64,000 nt of DNA from an uncultured Verrucomicrobiae bacterium (GTDB lineage Bacteria > Verrucomicrobiota > Verrucomicrobiia > Palsa-1439), in NCBI GenBank assembly GCA_963812605.1, contig CAWEWF010000001.1, forward strand, positions 256,001 to 320,000, given 5' to 3'. Positions 43,365-53,772 of the stretch are shown here, one piece after another; within the stretch, counting starts at the first letter, position 1; each line of letters starts with the position of its first letter. Position numbers and translations under genes: made by a program. Under the pieces are notes generated by a model that saw only the letters and a list, made by a program, of their open reading frames with translations, did no database searches and was not told where the DNA came from.

Positions 43365-44152
43365 ATGCGCATGAGATCGATCTTCCTCTTCGCGGCCCTG
43401 CTCCCCACGCTGGCCATGGCCGCCGAGGTCATTCCACCGGCGCCGGAGCAGTATTTCAACGATTACGCCCACGTCGTGTCGCCCGCGACAGCCAACGAAC
43501 TGAACCAAAAGCTCGAGCAGTTCGAACGCGACGCCTCCAGCCAGATCCTGGTCGTTATTTATCCCAAGATGCAATCGGATTCCTCGATTGAGGATTATAC
43601 CGTTCGCGTCGCGCAATCGTGGGGCATCGGGCGGAAGGAAAAAAATAACGGCGCGGTGCTGTTCGTATTCGTCCAGGACCGCAAAATGTACATCCAGGTT
43701 GGGTACGGACTGGAGGGGGCGCTGCCCGACGCGTTGGCGAAGCAGATCATTGATAACGAGATCACGCCGCACTTTCCGCGACGGCGATTTTGACGGCGGG
43801 TTGCGCGCGGGGGTGACGGCAATTCTTCAGGCAACAAAGGGTGAATACAAGGGTACGGGTCAAACGGTGGCGGACCAATTTGCGAAACATCGCACGCCGA
43901 TACCGTGGCCGTTGGTGATCTTCATTGCTTTCATGATTTCTGGGCTTATCGGACGGCTACTCATCGGCACATCGGGAGGAACAGTGTATTCGGGTGTCGG
44001 ACGAGCCGTCGCTTACGGCGCTTTGAGTGGAATGTGGAGCGGGGGCGGCGGCGGTTTCTCTTCGGGTGGCGGTGGCGGGGTTCAGGAGGCGGTGTGGATT
44101 TTCAGGAGGCGGGGGAAGTTTCGGCGGCGGTGGCGCCGGGGGAAGCTGGTGA
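43365..44152 (+). CDS. TPM domain protein with Gly-rich tail (frameshifted)
   Basis: 'WGIG.K..NNG.....DRK.YIQVGYGLEGALPD'; tail 'GGG.FGGGGAGGSW'. Confidence 0.88.
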
Positions 44153-44156
44153 GGAG

Positions 44157-44559
44157 ATGAAGACGAAGGATTTATTCCGCGAACTGGATCACGAGCGGAT
44201 TACCGCAGCCATCCAAGAGGCGGAGAAACGCACGTCGGGTGAAATCCGCGTGTACGTGAGCCATCGCAAGGTCCGCGACCCGCGCCACGCGGCGGCGCAT
44301 CATTTCGTGAAGCTGGGCATGGATAAAACGAAGCAGCGCAATGCGGATCCTGATTTTCATCGCGCCGGAATCGCAGAATTTCGCGATCCTGGGAGACACG
44401 GCGGTGCACGCCCGTTGTGGCGAAGCATTTTGGGAAAGCATCGCCGGAGCCATGCGCGAGCTGTTTCGGCAGGGAAAATTCACCGAAGGAATCGTCCACG
44501 GAATCAACGCAGCCGGGAAGGTGCTCGCGCAACATTTTCCGGCGGACAAGGGCGGGTGA
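44157..44559 (+). CDS. TPM domain protein (frameshift near 44345)
   Basis: 'I..AI.EAEKRTSGEIRV', 'F..LG...T..RN', 'FAILGD', 'F.QGKF.EGI'. Confidence 0.85.
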
Positions 44560-44574
44560 TCGTGCGTCAGGCAA

Positions 44575-47500
44575 TTATTGCATGAGTTGGATTTTGACCT
44601 TCTCGCCCGTGTTGTCCGTACCGTTAAGGTCCAGCGTTATTACTTTCCGGACATTGATTGAGCCAGACATTGTCACGGACTTGCCACCGATCGTGAGGTA
44701 GCCGTAGACCCGGTTATGCGAAGTCACCAGCAACTGCCCGGTCACGGTGTCCACGTCAGCGCTCGTCGCGATGTCGAAGACGGCAAAATCATTGGCGTTG
44801 GGACTGAGGACATAACTCACCGGTTGCGCCGTCGCCTTGGCGACTGTCACCGATCCCGTCCAGCCCCCGCTGAGATCATGGAAGGTGGCCGCGGCGGTAC
44901 CCTTCCAGTGATACGTGCCCAAGGTGGAGGTTGGCACAGTCCCGTTGACACTCTTGAGGCTTTTCACCGTCGCCAACAATGTGCCGCTCCAGTTTGTCGT
45001 GCCGGTGATTTGCTCGAGGAATGGTCCCGTCACCTGCCCCTTGGTGTTAAAGCTCCACCGGCCCGACACGTCGTTCAACCCAAATGTTTTGAGGCGAATC
45101 CCGAAGCCACTGGCGCTGAAGTCATCCTTGAAGGTCAGGAATTGAGCGCCTTTGTCCGCGCCGCTGATGGCGATTTCCCAATTACCCAAAGGCGAATTCC
45201 TGGCGCCGACAGTGATCGTGGTGGCCGCGGAGGTATTGGTCGCGCCGAGCGTGTCGGTGGCACGCGCCGTGATGACATGAATGCCGGGGGTGGGATTGAG
45301 GAGGAAGTTTGTCCCCGGGTTCGAGTTTGTCTCCCCGAGCTTTGTGCCGTCCTCGAAGAATTCGATCTTGCTGATGGCGGCGCCGTCGTTGGCGGTGGCG
45401 CTGGCGACAAGAGTGATCGTCAGGTTCGTAACCAGCGGGTACAACATGCTGTTTGCGGGACGTACGATGGTCACGGTTGGCGGGGTATTCCCGTTATTCG
45501 TTACGGTGATCAGGTTCGCCACATTGGTCGAGCTCGACCCGCCCGGGCCCGAAACCGTCAGAGCCACCGGATAGATGCCGGCATTGGAATATGTATGACT
45601 CGGACTGGCCAGCGCGCTTGTATTGCCGTCGCCAAAAGTCCACAAGTGGTTTGTGATCGAGCCGGCCGAGGCATCGGTGAAATTCACCAGCAGTGGCGTC
45701 GGACCATTCGTCGGATTGGCGATGAAGGCGGCCAGTGGGGCTCCGACCAGGTTGGTCACGGTAATATAATTCGCGAGCGTCAACACGTTCGATCCCAGCG
45801 GGCCCAAGACTGTCAAGCTGACCGAGAAGGTTCCGGCGGTGGCGTAGGAATAGCTTGGGCTGGTCAGCGTGCTTGTTCTGCCGTCGCCAAAGGCCCACAG
45901 GCGGCTGGTAACCGTGCCGCTGGAAGCGTCCACAAAGCTTACGAGCAACGTCGCCGCGCCGTTGGTCGGCGTGCCCGTGAAGCCGGCCACGGGAGGCGCA
46001 GGCAGGTTGGTCACCGTGATATAATTCGCACGAGGCAATATATTGGAACCGAGGGGGCCCAGTACGGTCAAGCTCACCGAGAAGGTTCCTGCATTGGTGT
46101 ACGAATGGGTCGGGCTAATCAGGGTGCTCGTGCCCCCATCGCCAAAGCTCCACACCCGGCTGGTAATGCTGCCACTGGAGGCATCGGTGAAATTCACCAG
46201 CAGCGGCGACATACCATTGGTCGGGTTGCCCGTGAAACCGGCCAAGGGAGCCACGTTGGTCACCGTAATATAGTTGGCGAGTAGCAGCGTGTTCGAGCCG
46301 AGCGGGCCCCGCACCGTCAAGCTGACCGAGAAAGTTCCCGCAGTAGTATAGGAATGGGTCGGATTGGCCAGGGCGCTGGTACCTCCGTCGCCAAAGGCCC
46401 ACAGGCGGCCGGTTACCGTGCCGCTGGAGGCGTCCGTGAAGTTTACCAGCAACGTCGCTACGCCGTTGGTCGGGGTTCCGGTGAACCCGGCGGTCGGCGG
46501 GACTGCGGCCGATCCGGTCACGGCATTGGTCGAGGCCCCGCCATTACTGGCGAACACAATCGAACCGGTAAACGCTCCTGTGGCCACCGGACTAAAGGTC
46601 GCGCTCACGAGGCCGGTCTGCCCCACATTCACGGCGAATGGACTGCCGCCAACCAGCGCAAAAGGCGCGCCCGACGCGGTCGCGGTGCCGTTGAGCGTCT
46701 GGAAACCGGTGTTGGCGATGGAAAACGTCTGCGTACCGCTCTGGCCGACCGGCAGTAATCCGAAGCCACGATTACCGGGGAAGACCACCAGATGCGGCGG
46801 ACCATTGGTGACGAGAATATAATTGACACGGGTGTTCGTGCTCACACCGGTCGGGCCCGTGACAATCAACGTGACCGTGTTCGTCCCGGCGGAATTGTAA
46901 GTGTGGGCCATGGTGGTATTCAGGGTATTCGTCGTCCCGCCATCTCCGAACGTCCAGGACCGGTTACTGATTGTGCCCGTCGAACTATCGGTGAACGTCA
47001 CGGTCAGCGGCGCCAACCCGGTCGTCGGCGATCCCGTGAAGCTCGCGGAGGGAGGCTGTGCGGGGATGATTGTGAAATTGGCGCTGGCCGTGGTACTACC
47101 CGCTCCGCTGCCCAGAAACGATCGAGCGTTAAGCGTGGCCGAGCTTGCCAGGGAAAATGGTCCAGAATAGAGAATGGAGCTTGTGGTCGGAGTGCTGTTA
47201 TCCAGCGTGTAATAAATAGCGGCGCCCGGTGTGGCATTGGTCAAGGTCACCAGAACTGAGTTGGTGAATGTGCCGCCGTTGGGCGAAATGCTCGGGGCCG
47301 TGACAAAGTTGCCAAACACCGACAGTCCCGTTTGCGTTCCGACATAGACCTTGCCGTTGGCAACGGTCGGCACGCTGAACTTGACTGCCGCGCCGAGAAC
47401 GTCCCGCGAACCGGCCTGGGTGCTGTTGTAAAGCTCCTGGGAAACATCCGCGGCATTGAAAGCATGTAGAATGGACGGTCCGCCGGTGTCGAAGGCGTCC

Positions 47501-48906
47501 GACTGGATCGCCCAGACGATCCCGTCAGTCGTGCCATTGGCCGAAATGCTGGGTGTAGCGCCGGGGAAGCCAAAAATTGTGGATCCCTGCGATGACGGAG
47601 ATGACCCGATGGAGGCGCCAGTGATGGTGAACGCCTTGATCACGTCATTGACGCCAAGGTAATACACCGTGTTGTTGAAGTACGCAGGCGTGGCGAACGT
47701 CCCCCCAAGGGCGTTCGAAACCCCAATCGCGCCCACAAGCGATTGCACAATCTGCGAGTCGTCCGTGGGATTGAATTGGCCCATGTTGTCCCGGTCGACC
47801 AGGTAGATGGTGCCCTCTTTGCCGGCGCTGACCACCAAATGCGGATGCGCCATGCTGCCCACCTCGTCGGGCAGCACGACGACGCCACCCGAGGAGAGAT
47901 CCTCGTCGTTATCGAACAAATCCTGTTGGTCGTGGGGCGTGAAGTAATCGGCCACGTGCAGCGAATTGCCGGGGGGAAACTTAAGGAGCGAGTCGCCGTA
48001 ATTGTTGGTGGTCGAATCGAATGTGCCATTGCCGGTGGATAGATACACATTCCCGCTGGTGTCGCAGGCGGGTCCGCAACCGTCCTCCCAAATGCCGGCC
48101 ATTTGGCCATTCGGCGTTGAATTGAAAATTCCCTTTGCCGCCAGCGTCTGGGCATTGAATGTAAATAACCAGCCATGGTAGAAGTCGTTGTCGCAATGTG
48201 ACCCGAGCCCTACATACACGAGCCCATTGTTCAACAGCAGGGCCATGCGGTTGTGCTGTAGAAATGAAGCAAAAGTCACATTGCCGAAATTGTCGGCATC
48301 GTAACCGGTTCCCGGAACGACTCCCTGGATTGTCACGGGTCCGCCGAGTTTTTCCGCGCCCGTTGCCACGTCCAATGCATGGAGCCGATGCACGTAATTC
48401 GTCACGCCACTCACAACCTCGGCTGTCTTGGCCACGAGGTAAATTGTGCCGCCGACGGGGTCAATGACGGGAGTGCTGGTGATGCCGATTTCGGGAACGA
48501 GATCAGTGCACTGGATGTTGTCGCTGGAAACGGAGGTAATCCCCGCGGATGGGTTGATGAAACTGACCTGCCAGAGCAGCCCTCCATTTGCGCCAGTGTT
48601 GCTGTCGGCGTCAAACGCGTACAAGGTGTCATGTTCCGTGCCGACATATAAAACATTGTGCACGCCGTTGCCCGGGATGCTGACGTTGGGCAGGACCAGT
48701 GGTTGAGCGTACACGTATCCATCAGCGGGATAGGTAAAAAGGAGGCCGAAGTTGCTGCTATTGACGCTGGCCAGCGTCAGGACGGTCTCGTTGGTGTTCC
48801 GACCTGTGCGGGCTATATCGTTATGATAGGTCAGCACACTAATGGGAGCCGCCGAAGTGACGGTTGCCATTAGCGCACACAACAGTAAGACTACGAGGCG
48901 CTTCAT
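44575..48906 (-). CDS. Large secreted protein: PQQ-like beta-propeller + CHB_HEX_C/Fn3-like + 5 PKD + Ig-like domains
   Basis: Signal peptide; 'VLTYHND..RTG.N..E..LT', 'KF.VPTVANGKVYVG'; 'IYYTLD..TP'; PKD 'W.FGDG' x5; Big-like 'ITARATD'. Confidence 0.88.
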   Translation of the reverse strand: MKRLVVLLLCALMATVTSAAPISVLTYHNDIARTGRNTNETVLTLASVNSSNFGLLFTYPADGYVYAQPLVLPNVSIPGNGVHNVLYVGTEHDTLYAFDADSNTGANGGLLWQVSFINPSAGITSVSSDNIQCTDLVPEIGITSTPVIDPVGGTIYLVAKTAEVVSGVTNYVHRLHALDVATGAEKLGGPVTIQGVVPGTGYDADNFGNVTFASFLQHNRMALLLNNGLVYVGLGSHCDNDFYHGWLFTFNAQTLAAKGIFNSTPNGQMAGIWEDGCGPACDTSGNVYLSTGNGTFDSTTNNYGDSLLKFPPGNSLHVADYFTPHDQQDLFDNDEDLSSGGVVVLPDEVGSMAHPHLVVSAGKEGTIYLVDRDNMGQFNPTDDSQIVQSLVGAIGVSNALGGTFATPAYFNNTVYYLGVNDVIKAFTITGASIGSSPSSQGSTIFGFPGATPSISANGTTDGIVWAIQSDAFDTGGPSILHAFNAADVSQELYNSTQAGSRDVLGAAVKFSVPTVANGKVYVGTQTGLSVFGNFVTAPSISPNGGTFTNSVLVTLTNATPGAAIYYTLDNSTPTTSSILYSGPFSLASSATLNARSFLGSGAGSTTASANFTIIPAQPPSASFTGSPTTGLAPLTVTFTDSSTGTISNRSWTFGDGGTTNTLNTTMAHTYNSAGTNTVTLIVTGPTGVSTNTRVNYILVTNGPPHLVVFPGNRGFGLLPVGQSGTQTFSIANTGFQTLNGTATASGAPFALVGGSPFAVNVGQTGLVSATFSPVATGAFTGSIVFASNGGASTNAVTGSAAVPPTAGFTGTPTNGVATLLVNFTDASSGTVTGRLWAFGDGGTSALANPTHSYTTAGTFSVSLTVRGPLGSNTLLLANYITVTNVAPLAGFTGNPTNGMSPLLVNFTDASSGSITSRVWSFGDGGTSTLISPTHSYTNAGTFSVSLTVLGPLGSNILPRANYITVTNLPAPPVAGFTGTPTNGAATLLVSFVDASSGTVTSRLWAFGDGRTSTLTSPSYSYATAGTFSVSLTVLGPLGSNVLTLANYITVTNLVGAPLAAFIANPTNGPTPLLVNFTDASAGSITNHLWTFGDGNTSALASPSHTYSNAGIYPVALTVSGPGGSSSTNVANLITVTNNGNTPPTVTIVRPANSMLYPLVTNLTITLVASATANDGAAISKIEFFEDGTKLGETNSNPGTNFLLNPTPGIHVITARATDTLGATNTSAATTITVGARNSPLGNWEIAISGADKGAQFLTFKDDFSASGFGIRLKTFGLNDVSGRWSFNTKGQVTGPFLEQITGTTNWSGTLLATVKSLKSVNGTVPTSTLGTYHWKGTAAATFHDLSGGWTGSVTVAKATAQPVSYVLSPNANDFAVFDIATSADVDTVTGQLLVTSHNRVYGYLTIGGKSVTMSGSINVRKVITLDLNGTDNTGEKVKIQLMQ

Positions 48907-49162
48907 CAGCAGGCACTAAAGATTTGTTTCCTCAGGGAAACCGCGTCCTGGTTGTTTCCAAATGGCGTCAAGACCATAAGACTACTATTATACACAAGAG
49001 AACGGCCGGATGCCAGAAAATGCTTTCCTGTAGTTCGCCGCTCAAACCCTGTATTTTGTTGCCTTGCAGGCCATCTACTGGAATGCCTGCCAGGGCGTCC
49101 GGGGAGCCGCGACCGCGCAATTTTTGATGTTCTCGTTCCGTGGAAACAGCTAAACTGGTGCC

Positions 49163-50083
49163 ATGCGGATCATTCTTTTGGGCACGGCGGCCGGCGGCGG
49201 GTTGCCCCAGTGGAACTGCAATTGTCCGAATTGCCGGGAGGCGCGAGCCGGCTCCGCACGGATTGCGCCGCGCACACAATCGTCCGTCGCCGTCAGTGCC
49301 GATGGCCAAGCCTGGTTCTTGTTGAATGCCTCGCCGGACTTGCGGGCGCAGCTTGAGAGTGCTCCTTGTTTGCATCCCCCCCTGAAAGCGGCGCGTGGCA
49401 CGAGAATCGAGGCGGTGCTTTTGACGAATGCGGACCTGGATCACACGCTCGGGCTGCTATTGATGCGCGAAGGCGGAAGAATCCGTGTTCACGCCACGTC
49501 TCAGGTTCGCGGGGCGTTGACTCGGGGCATTTCAATCACGTCCACCCTCAAATCCTTTGGCGGGATCGAATGGATAAGGCCGCCGCGCAAGCTTTCACCG
49601 TTACTCTCTCGGGATGGCTCAAAAAGCGGGCTGCAGTACCAGGCCGTCAACGTGGTTGGCAGGCCGCCGCGGTTTATGAAAGGCCGCCACTCGAACGGGT
49701 TCGGGCACAGTGTTGGCTACCGTATTATGGACGAGAAATCCGGAGGACGACTGCTTTTTCTGCCGGATGTCGCTGTCTTGGACGGGCAGACCATCAGTGC
49801 GTTGTCGGATTGCAACGTCCTGCTGTTTGACGGAACTTTCTGGTCCGAGAATGAAATGCGACAATTGCGTGTTGGCAGCCTGTCCGCGAAGCGAATGGGC
49901 CATATACCCATCGGGGGTCGGCAGGGGAGCTTGAAACGACTCGCCCCATTGCCAATTAGTCGTAAAATCTACACGCACATCAACAACACGAACCCGATAC
50001 TTCAAGGAGGCTCCCCGGAGAGTGCCGCTGTTCGCGCTGCCGGCGTGGAAGTCGGGCGAGACGGAATGGAGATGGTGATTTGA
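49163..50083 (+). CDS. pqqB: PQQ biosynthesis protein PqqB
   Basis: 'LGTAAGGGLPQWNCNC..C', 'RTQSS', 'NASPD', 'DGTFW', 'HINNTNP'. Confidence 0.96.
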   Translation: MRIILLGTAAGGGLPQWNCNCPNCREARAGSARIAPRTQSSVAVSADGQAWFLLNASPDLRAQLESAPCLHPPLKAARGTRIEAVLLTNADLDHTLGLLLMREGGRIRVHATSQVRGALTRGISITSTLKSFGGIEWIRPPRKLSPLLSRDGSKSGLQYQAVNVVGRPPRFMKGRHSNGFGHSVGYRIMDEKSGGRLLFLPDVAVLDGQTISALSDCNVLLFDGTFWSENEMRQLRVGSLSAKRMGHIPIGGRQGSLKRLAPLPISRKIYTHINNTNPILQGGSPESAAVRAAGVEVGRDGMEMVI

Positions 50084-50784
50084 GCTCGGAGATCAAATTG
50101 TGGGACAAGGAAACATTTCTGGCGCGACTGCGGGATGTGGGGACCAAACAGTATCATCACCAGCATCCGTTCCATGTCCGGATGAACGCGGGCCAACTCG
50201 CCCCGGACGCCATTCGCGGCTGGGTCGCCAATCGCTTTTATTACCAACGCAATCTTCCCCGCAAAGACGCGGCGATCATTTCCAATTGTCCGATTCGCGA
50301 AGTGCGACGGATTTGGCTGCATCGAATCAGCGACCACGATGGCTCCACTCCGGGAACGGGGGGTATCGAAGCCTGGTTGAAACTCGCGGATGCGTGCGGA
50401 ATGTCGCGGGAAGAGATCCTGAACGAGCGTCATGTTCTGCCGGGTGTTCGTTTTGCTGTGGATGCTTATGTGAACTTTGCCCGCGGCAAGCCGTGGCCCA
50501 TCGCCGTGGCCTCATCGCTGACGGAACTGTTCGCGCCCGACCTCATGGCCGAGCGGCTGGCGGCCTTCCAAAAACATTACACATGGGTCCAGCCCGGGGG
50601 CTTTGATTACTTTCGCGGCCGGGTGGTCCAGGCGCGCGTCGATTCCGACGAGGGTCTGCAATTAACTCTGCAGTATTGCGATACCCCGGCGCTGCAGGAA
50701 GAAGCGGTGCGGGCATTATCGTTCAAATGTGATGTCCTCTGGACCATTCTCGATGCCATCCAGGCGGCCTACACGCCTTCCTGA
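50080..50784 (+). CDS. pqqC: Pyrroloquinoline-quinone synthase PqqC
   Basis: 'YH..HPFH', 'WVANRFYYQ...PRKDA', 'SSLTELFAP', 'FKCDVLW'. Confidence 0.96.
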   Translation: MSSEIKLWDKETFLARLRDVGTKQYHHQHPFHVRMNAGQLAPDAIRGWVANRFYYQRNLPRKDAAIISNCPIREVRRIWLHRISDHDGSTPGTGGIEAWLKLADACGMSREEILNERHVLPGVRFAVDAYVNFARGKPWPIAVASSLTELFAPDLMAERLAAFQKHYTWVQPGGFDYFRGRVVQARVDSDEGLQLTLQYCDTPALQEEAVRALSFKCDVLWTILDAIQAAYTPS

Positions 50785-50855
50785 TGCTCGGGTGCGCCCC
50801 GCCACCGCTTGGTTGATTTGGACGGAAACACGGCTTACACTTGCCGCGCGTGGTT

Positions 50856-51140
50856 ATGTCGCCGATATTGCCAGGGGAGCGCCCCAAGTTGTCCTCGCGA
50901 ACTCGCCTTCAAAAAGACAAGGTGACGGGCAAACCCGTCCTGCTCTATCCGGAAGGGATTCTGATTCTGAACCCGACTGCGCATGCGATTGCGACCCATT
51001 GCACGGGGGAAGAGACCCTCGAAGAAATTGTTACCAAACTGGCGACGCAATACGGTGCAGCGCCCGAAGACCTGCGTAGCGATGTCACCGCCTGCCTCGA
51101 TCGCTTTCGGACGCTCAATCTTCTGGAAGTGTTGGCATGA
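50856..51140 (+). CDS. pqqD: PQQ peptide chaperone PqqD
   Basis: 'VLLYPEG.L.LN.TA..I...C.G'; between pqqC and pqqE. Confidence 0.92.
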   Translation: MSPILPGERPKLSSRTRLQKDKVTGKPVLLYPEGILILNPTAHAIATHCTGEETLEEIVTKLATQYGAAPEDLRSDVTACLDRFRTLNLLEVLA

Positions 51141-52246
51141 GCAAACCAATCCCAAGACCATATAGTTTGCTCGCCGAGGTGACGTATCGTTGTCCTTTGC
51201 ACTGCCCCTATTGTTCCAATCCGACACAGTTTTCCCGTGGTACATCGGAACTCACGCGGGACGAATGGAAGCGGGTGCTCGATGAGGCGGCCGAATTGGG
51301 GGCGCTGCATGTCGGTTTCTCGGGGGGCGAACCGCTCCAGCGTCTCGATCTCGCGGAACTCATTGCGGCTTCGCGCGCGGCGGGTCTCTATTCCAACCTG
51401 ATTACCAGCGCCATCGGCTTGAGTCGTCCGCGTGCTGAGGAATTGAAGGCGGCGGGCCTGGATAGCGTGCAGATCAGCTTTCAGTCTGATGAGGAGCCCC
51501 TGGCCGACACGATTGCGGGAACCAGGTCCCATGCGAGCAAGCTGGAAGCGGCGCGACTGGTCCGCGAATTGGGATTCCCGCTCACGATCAATATCGTGCT
51601 GCATCGGGGAAACATTGCCCGCGTCGCGCCGGTCGTCGCCCTTGCTGAAACTCTCGGAGCGGAACGGCTCGAGTTGGCCAATACTCAATTCTACGGTTGG
51701 GCGTTTCAAAACCGATCGGCATTGCTCCCGACGCGCGAGCAGATTGAAGTCGCAACCGAGATAGCGTTGGCCGCAAAAAACCGGCTCTTGGGGAAAATGG
51801 AAATCCTGTTCGTGGCCCCCGATTATTACGGGACGCGACCCAAGCCTTGCATGAATGGGTGGGGCAATCGACATTTGACGGTCAATCCCGTGGGTGACGT
51901 CCTGCCCTGCCCGACAGCTGGCGGAATAAAGTCATTGCGATTCGAGAACATTCGCGAGAAGCCGCTCCGCTGGATTTGGGCCGAGTCGGACTCTTTTAAT
52001 CGCTTTCGCGGGACGGAATGGATGCCGGAGCCGTGCCAAAGCTGCGAGTTTCGGGAGATCGACTTCGGGGGTTGTCGTTGTCAGGCCGCGCTGTTGACGG
52101 GGAACGCCGCGACAACGGATCCGGCTTGCTCACTATCACCATTTCGGGAACGACTTACGGAATTTGTAGATTCAATGCAAGGAACTACGGGCGGAATCTC
52201 TGAAACGGACACCAGCAGTGTCGCTTACCGCGAGAACCCAATCTGA
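51137..52246 (+). CDS. pqqE: Radical SAM/SPASM PqqA peptide cyclase PqqE
   Basis: 'LLAEVTYRCPLHCPYCSNP', 'SGGEP', 'PKPCMNGWG', 'C..C....DFGGCRCQA'. Confidence 0.97.
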   Translation: MSKPIPRPYSLLAEVTYRCPLHCPYCSNPTQFSRGTSELTRDEWKRVLDEAAELGALHVGFSGGEPLQRLDLAELIAASRAAGLYSNLITSAIGLSRPRAEELKAAGLDSVQISFQSDEEPLADTIAGTRSHASKLEAARLVRELGFPLTINIVLHRGNIARVAPVVALAETLGAERLELANTQFYGWAFQNRSALLPTREQIEVATEIALAAKNRLLGKMEILFVAPDYYGTRPKPCMNGWGNRHLTVNPVGDVLPCPTAGGIKSLRFENIREKPLRWIWAESDSFNRFRGTEWMPEPCQSCEFREIDFGGCRCQAALLTGNAATTDPACSLSPFRERLTEFVDSMQGTTGGISETDTSSVAYRENPI

Positions 52247-52258
52247 CAGGGCTGGAGC

Positions 52259-52354
52259 TTACTCAAGCTCGGCGGAATAGGCTGTGCACTCCATGCTGAC
52301 AGGCACAACTTCAAAATCCGGCTTGATCCAACGAGCAACTGTTTCACTCTTCAT
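52259..52354 (-). CDS. pqqA: PQQ precursor peptide PqqA (31 aa, not in ORF track)
   Basis: Manual translation MKSETVARWIKPDFEVVPVSMECTAYSAELE*: W-x-K-P leader and E-x-x-x-Y core, next to pqqE. Confidence 0.92.
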   Translation of the reverse strand: MKSETVARWIKPDFEVVPVSMECTAYSAELE

Positions 52355-52422
52355 AATCGAGGACTATAGATTGCGGCAGCGCAATTGTCAATTCAGGAAA
52401 TGAGCGCCGAAAGGGCGGAAAT

Positions 52423-52869
52423 TCATTGGTTACCAGCGATTGGCTTGACGATGAAGTACAGGAACGGGTTGCTCGTTTCGATGAACTGATGGGGCGTGCC
52501 GTTGGGCACAATGATCACATCGCCCTTCTTGAGGTGGTGGGTCTCGCCGCCCGTAATCGACGTGCCACGAAGCTGCCCGGGCGAGACCACTTTCCCATCC
52601 ACCATCGTACCGCCGGTCACGAAGGTAGCGGTGCCATCCACCACGTAGATCACATCGGTTTCCAGTGTATGCAACTCGACCAACCCGGGCCGCTCACGCC
52701 GGCCGGCGTGGACCTTGTAGCCGGGGGTTTCGATCAGCGGCATGCCTTTGGCGAACGCCGCGGAGACTTTTTCGCTGTCGATATAAGTGACCGGGGCAAC
52801 CGCTTTCGGTTCGGAGAGCGCCACGGAAGCGAACATAGTTGCCAGGATGATTGCGATGCAGTTTTTCAT
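52423..52869 (-). CDS. Secreted cupin domain protein
   Basis: Signal peptide; 'E.H..ETD..YV..G', 'GDVIIVP.GTPHQF'. Confidence 0.85.
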   Translation of the reverse strand: MKNCIAIILATMFASVALSEPKAVAPVTYIDSEKVSAAFAKGMPLIETPGYKVHAGRRERPGLVELHTLETDVIYVVDGTATFVTGGTMVDGKVVSPGQLRGTSITGGETHHLKKGDVIIVPNGTPHQFIETSNPFLYFIVKPIAGNQ

Positions 52870-52900
52870 ATGAGCTATGGCTCCTTCGATTCCAGATTAC

Positions 52901-53650
52901 TCACAAATGAATACCCGTAGCACCGAAAATCGCCATCGTGCGGGGATTCTGCAAGAAAGCAATTACCTGCAAGTCTCTCTTCGGCGATAAGAATTCCGGT
53001 TCGAGGCTCACACTTCCCGTCGGTTCAGCAAGCGGTAAAGTGAGGAACTTTCGCACTACGTTCGCATGGGACAGCGCGTGGCCCGCGTTCTCGCCGCGCA
53101 GCACCTTCGAGACCAGACCGGACTCGACAACTGCGACGCACAACACGGCATCTTTCGGAGCGCCAGAAACTTGATATTCAATCTTCTGTCTGTCGCCGTC
53201 CGCGTTTACCCGAAGCGTCACTGACCCCCGCGCGGGAAGGGCGAGGGCGGCGGCTACCGCTTTCCGCGCCTGCCGGCGGTCCGAGCCGACGAACTCCGTA
53301 TTTCCGTTCACGATCATCTGCGGTGTGTAAGATTGATTTATGCGGAAAGCGACGCCGTATTGCTCCTGGCGTTCCGAGGAAATCCGCATGCTAAAGGGAT
53401 CCCGCCAGCCAAGGTAATTCCAATAATCCACATGAAACGCCAGCGGGAAGATTCGCCGGCCATCCTTTTTTCCATCGTCGGCGAGTTCGGCCAGGACCTT
53501 GTCGGCGGGCGGGCAACTGGAACAGCCTTCCGAGGTGAACAATTCCACAACCACAAACGAAGCTGCTGCGGGTTCCACCGCGGAGACATCCTGCGCCAGG
53601 ATCATTGAAAATGCACAAGTCGCCGCCAAAAGAGAAACTGGTTTGCGCAT
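52901..53650 (-). CDS. DUF1223 thioredoxin-like secreted protein
   Basis: 'VVELFTSEGCSSCPPAD', 'FHVDYWNYLGWRDPFS', 'YTPQ'. Confidence 0.92.
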   Translation of the reverse strand: MRKPVSLLAATCAFSMILAQDVSAVEPAAASFVVVELFTSEGCSSCPPADKVLAELADDGKKDGRRIFPLAFHVDYWNYLGWRDPFSMRISSERQEQYGVAFRINQSYTPQMIVNGNTEFVGSDRRQARKAVAAALALPARGSVTLRVNADGDRQKIEYQVSGAPKDAVLCVAVVESGLVSKVLRGENAGHALSHANVVRKFLTLPLAEPTGSVSLEPEFLSPKRDLQVIAFLQNPRTMAIFGATGIHL

Positions 53651-53772
53651 GGCGTTTCTTTGATGTGTGAATGGGCATGGTCGTTTCGCAGGTCGAAAGC
53701 GGAATTGACGTTGTGGTCTTTTCAAGATTAGGGTTGAGGCCCGATGGGGTCTTGTCGGGACGGCTATCGGCG

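Noticed and set aside
48907-49162. pqqA at the canonical position upstream of pqqB
   Set aside because: No ExxxY peptide ORF found on the + strand; pqqA was found at 52259-52354 instead.
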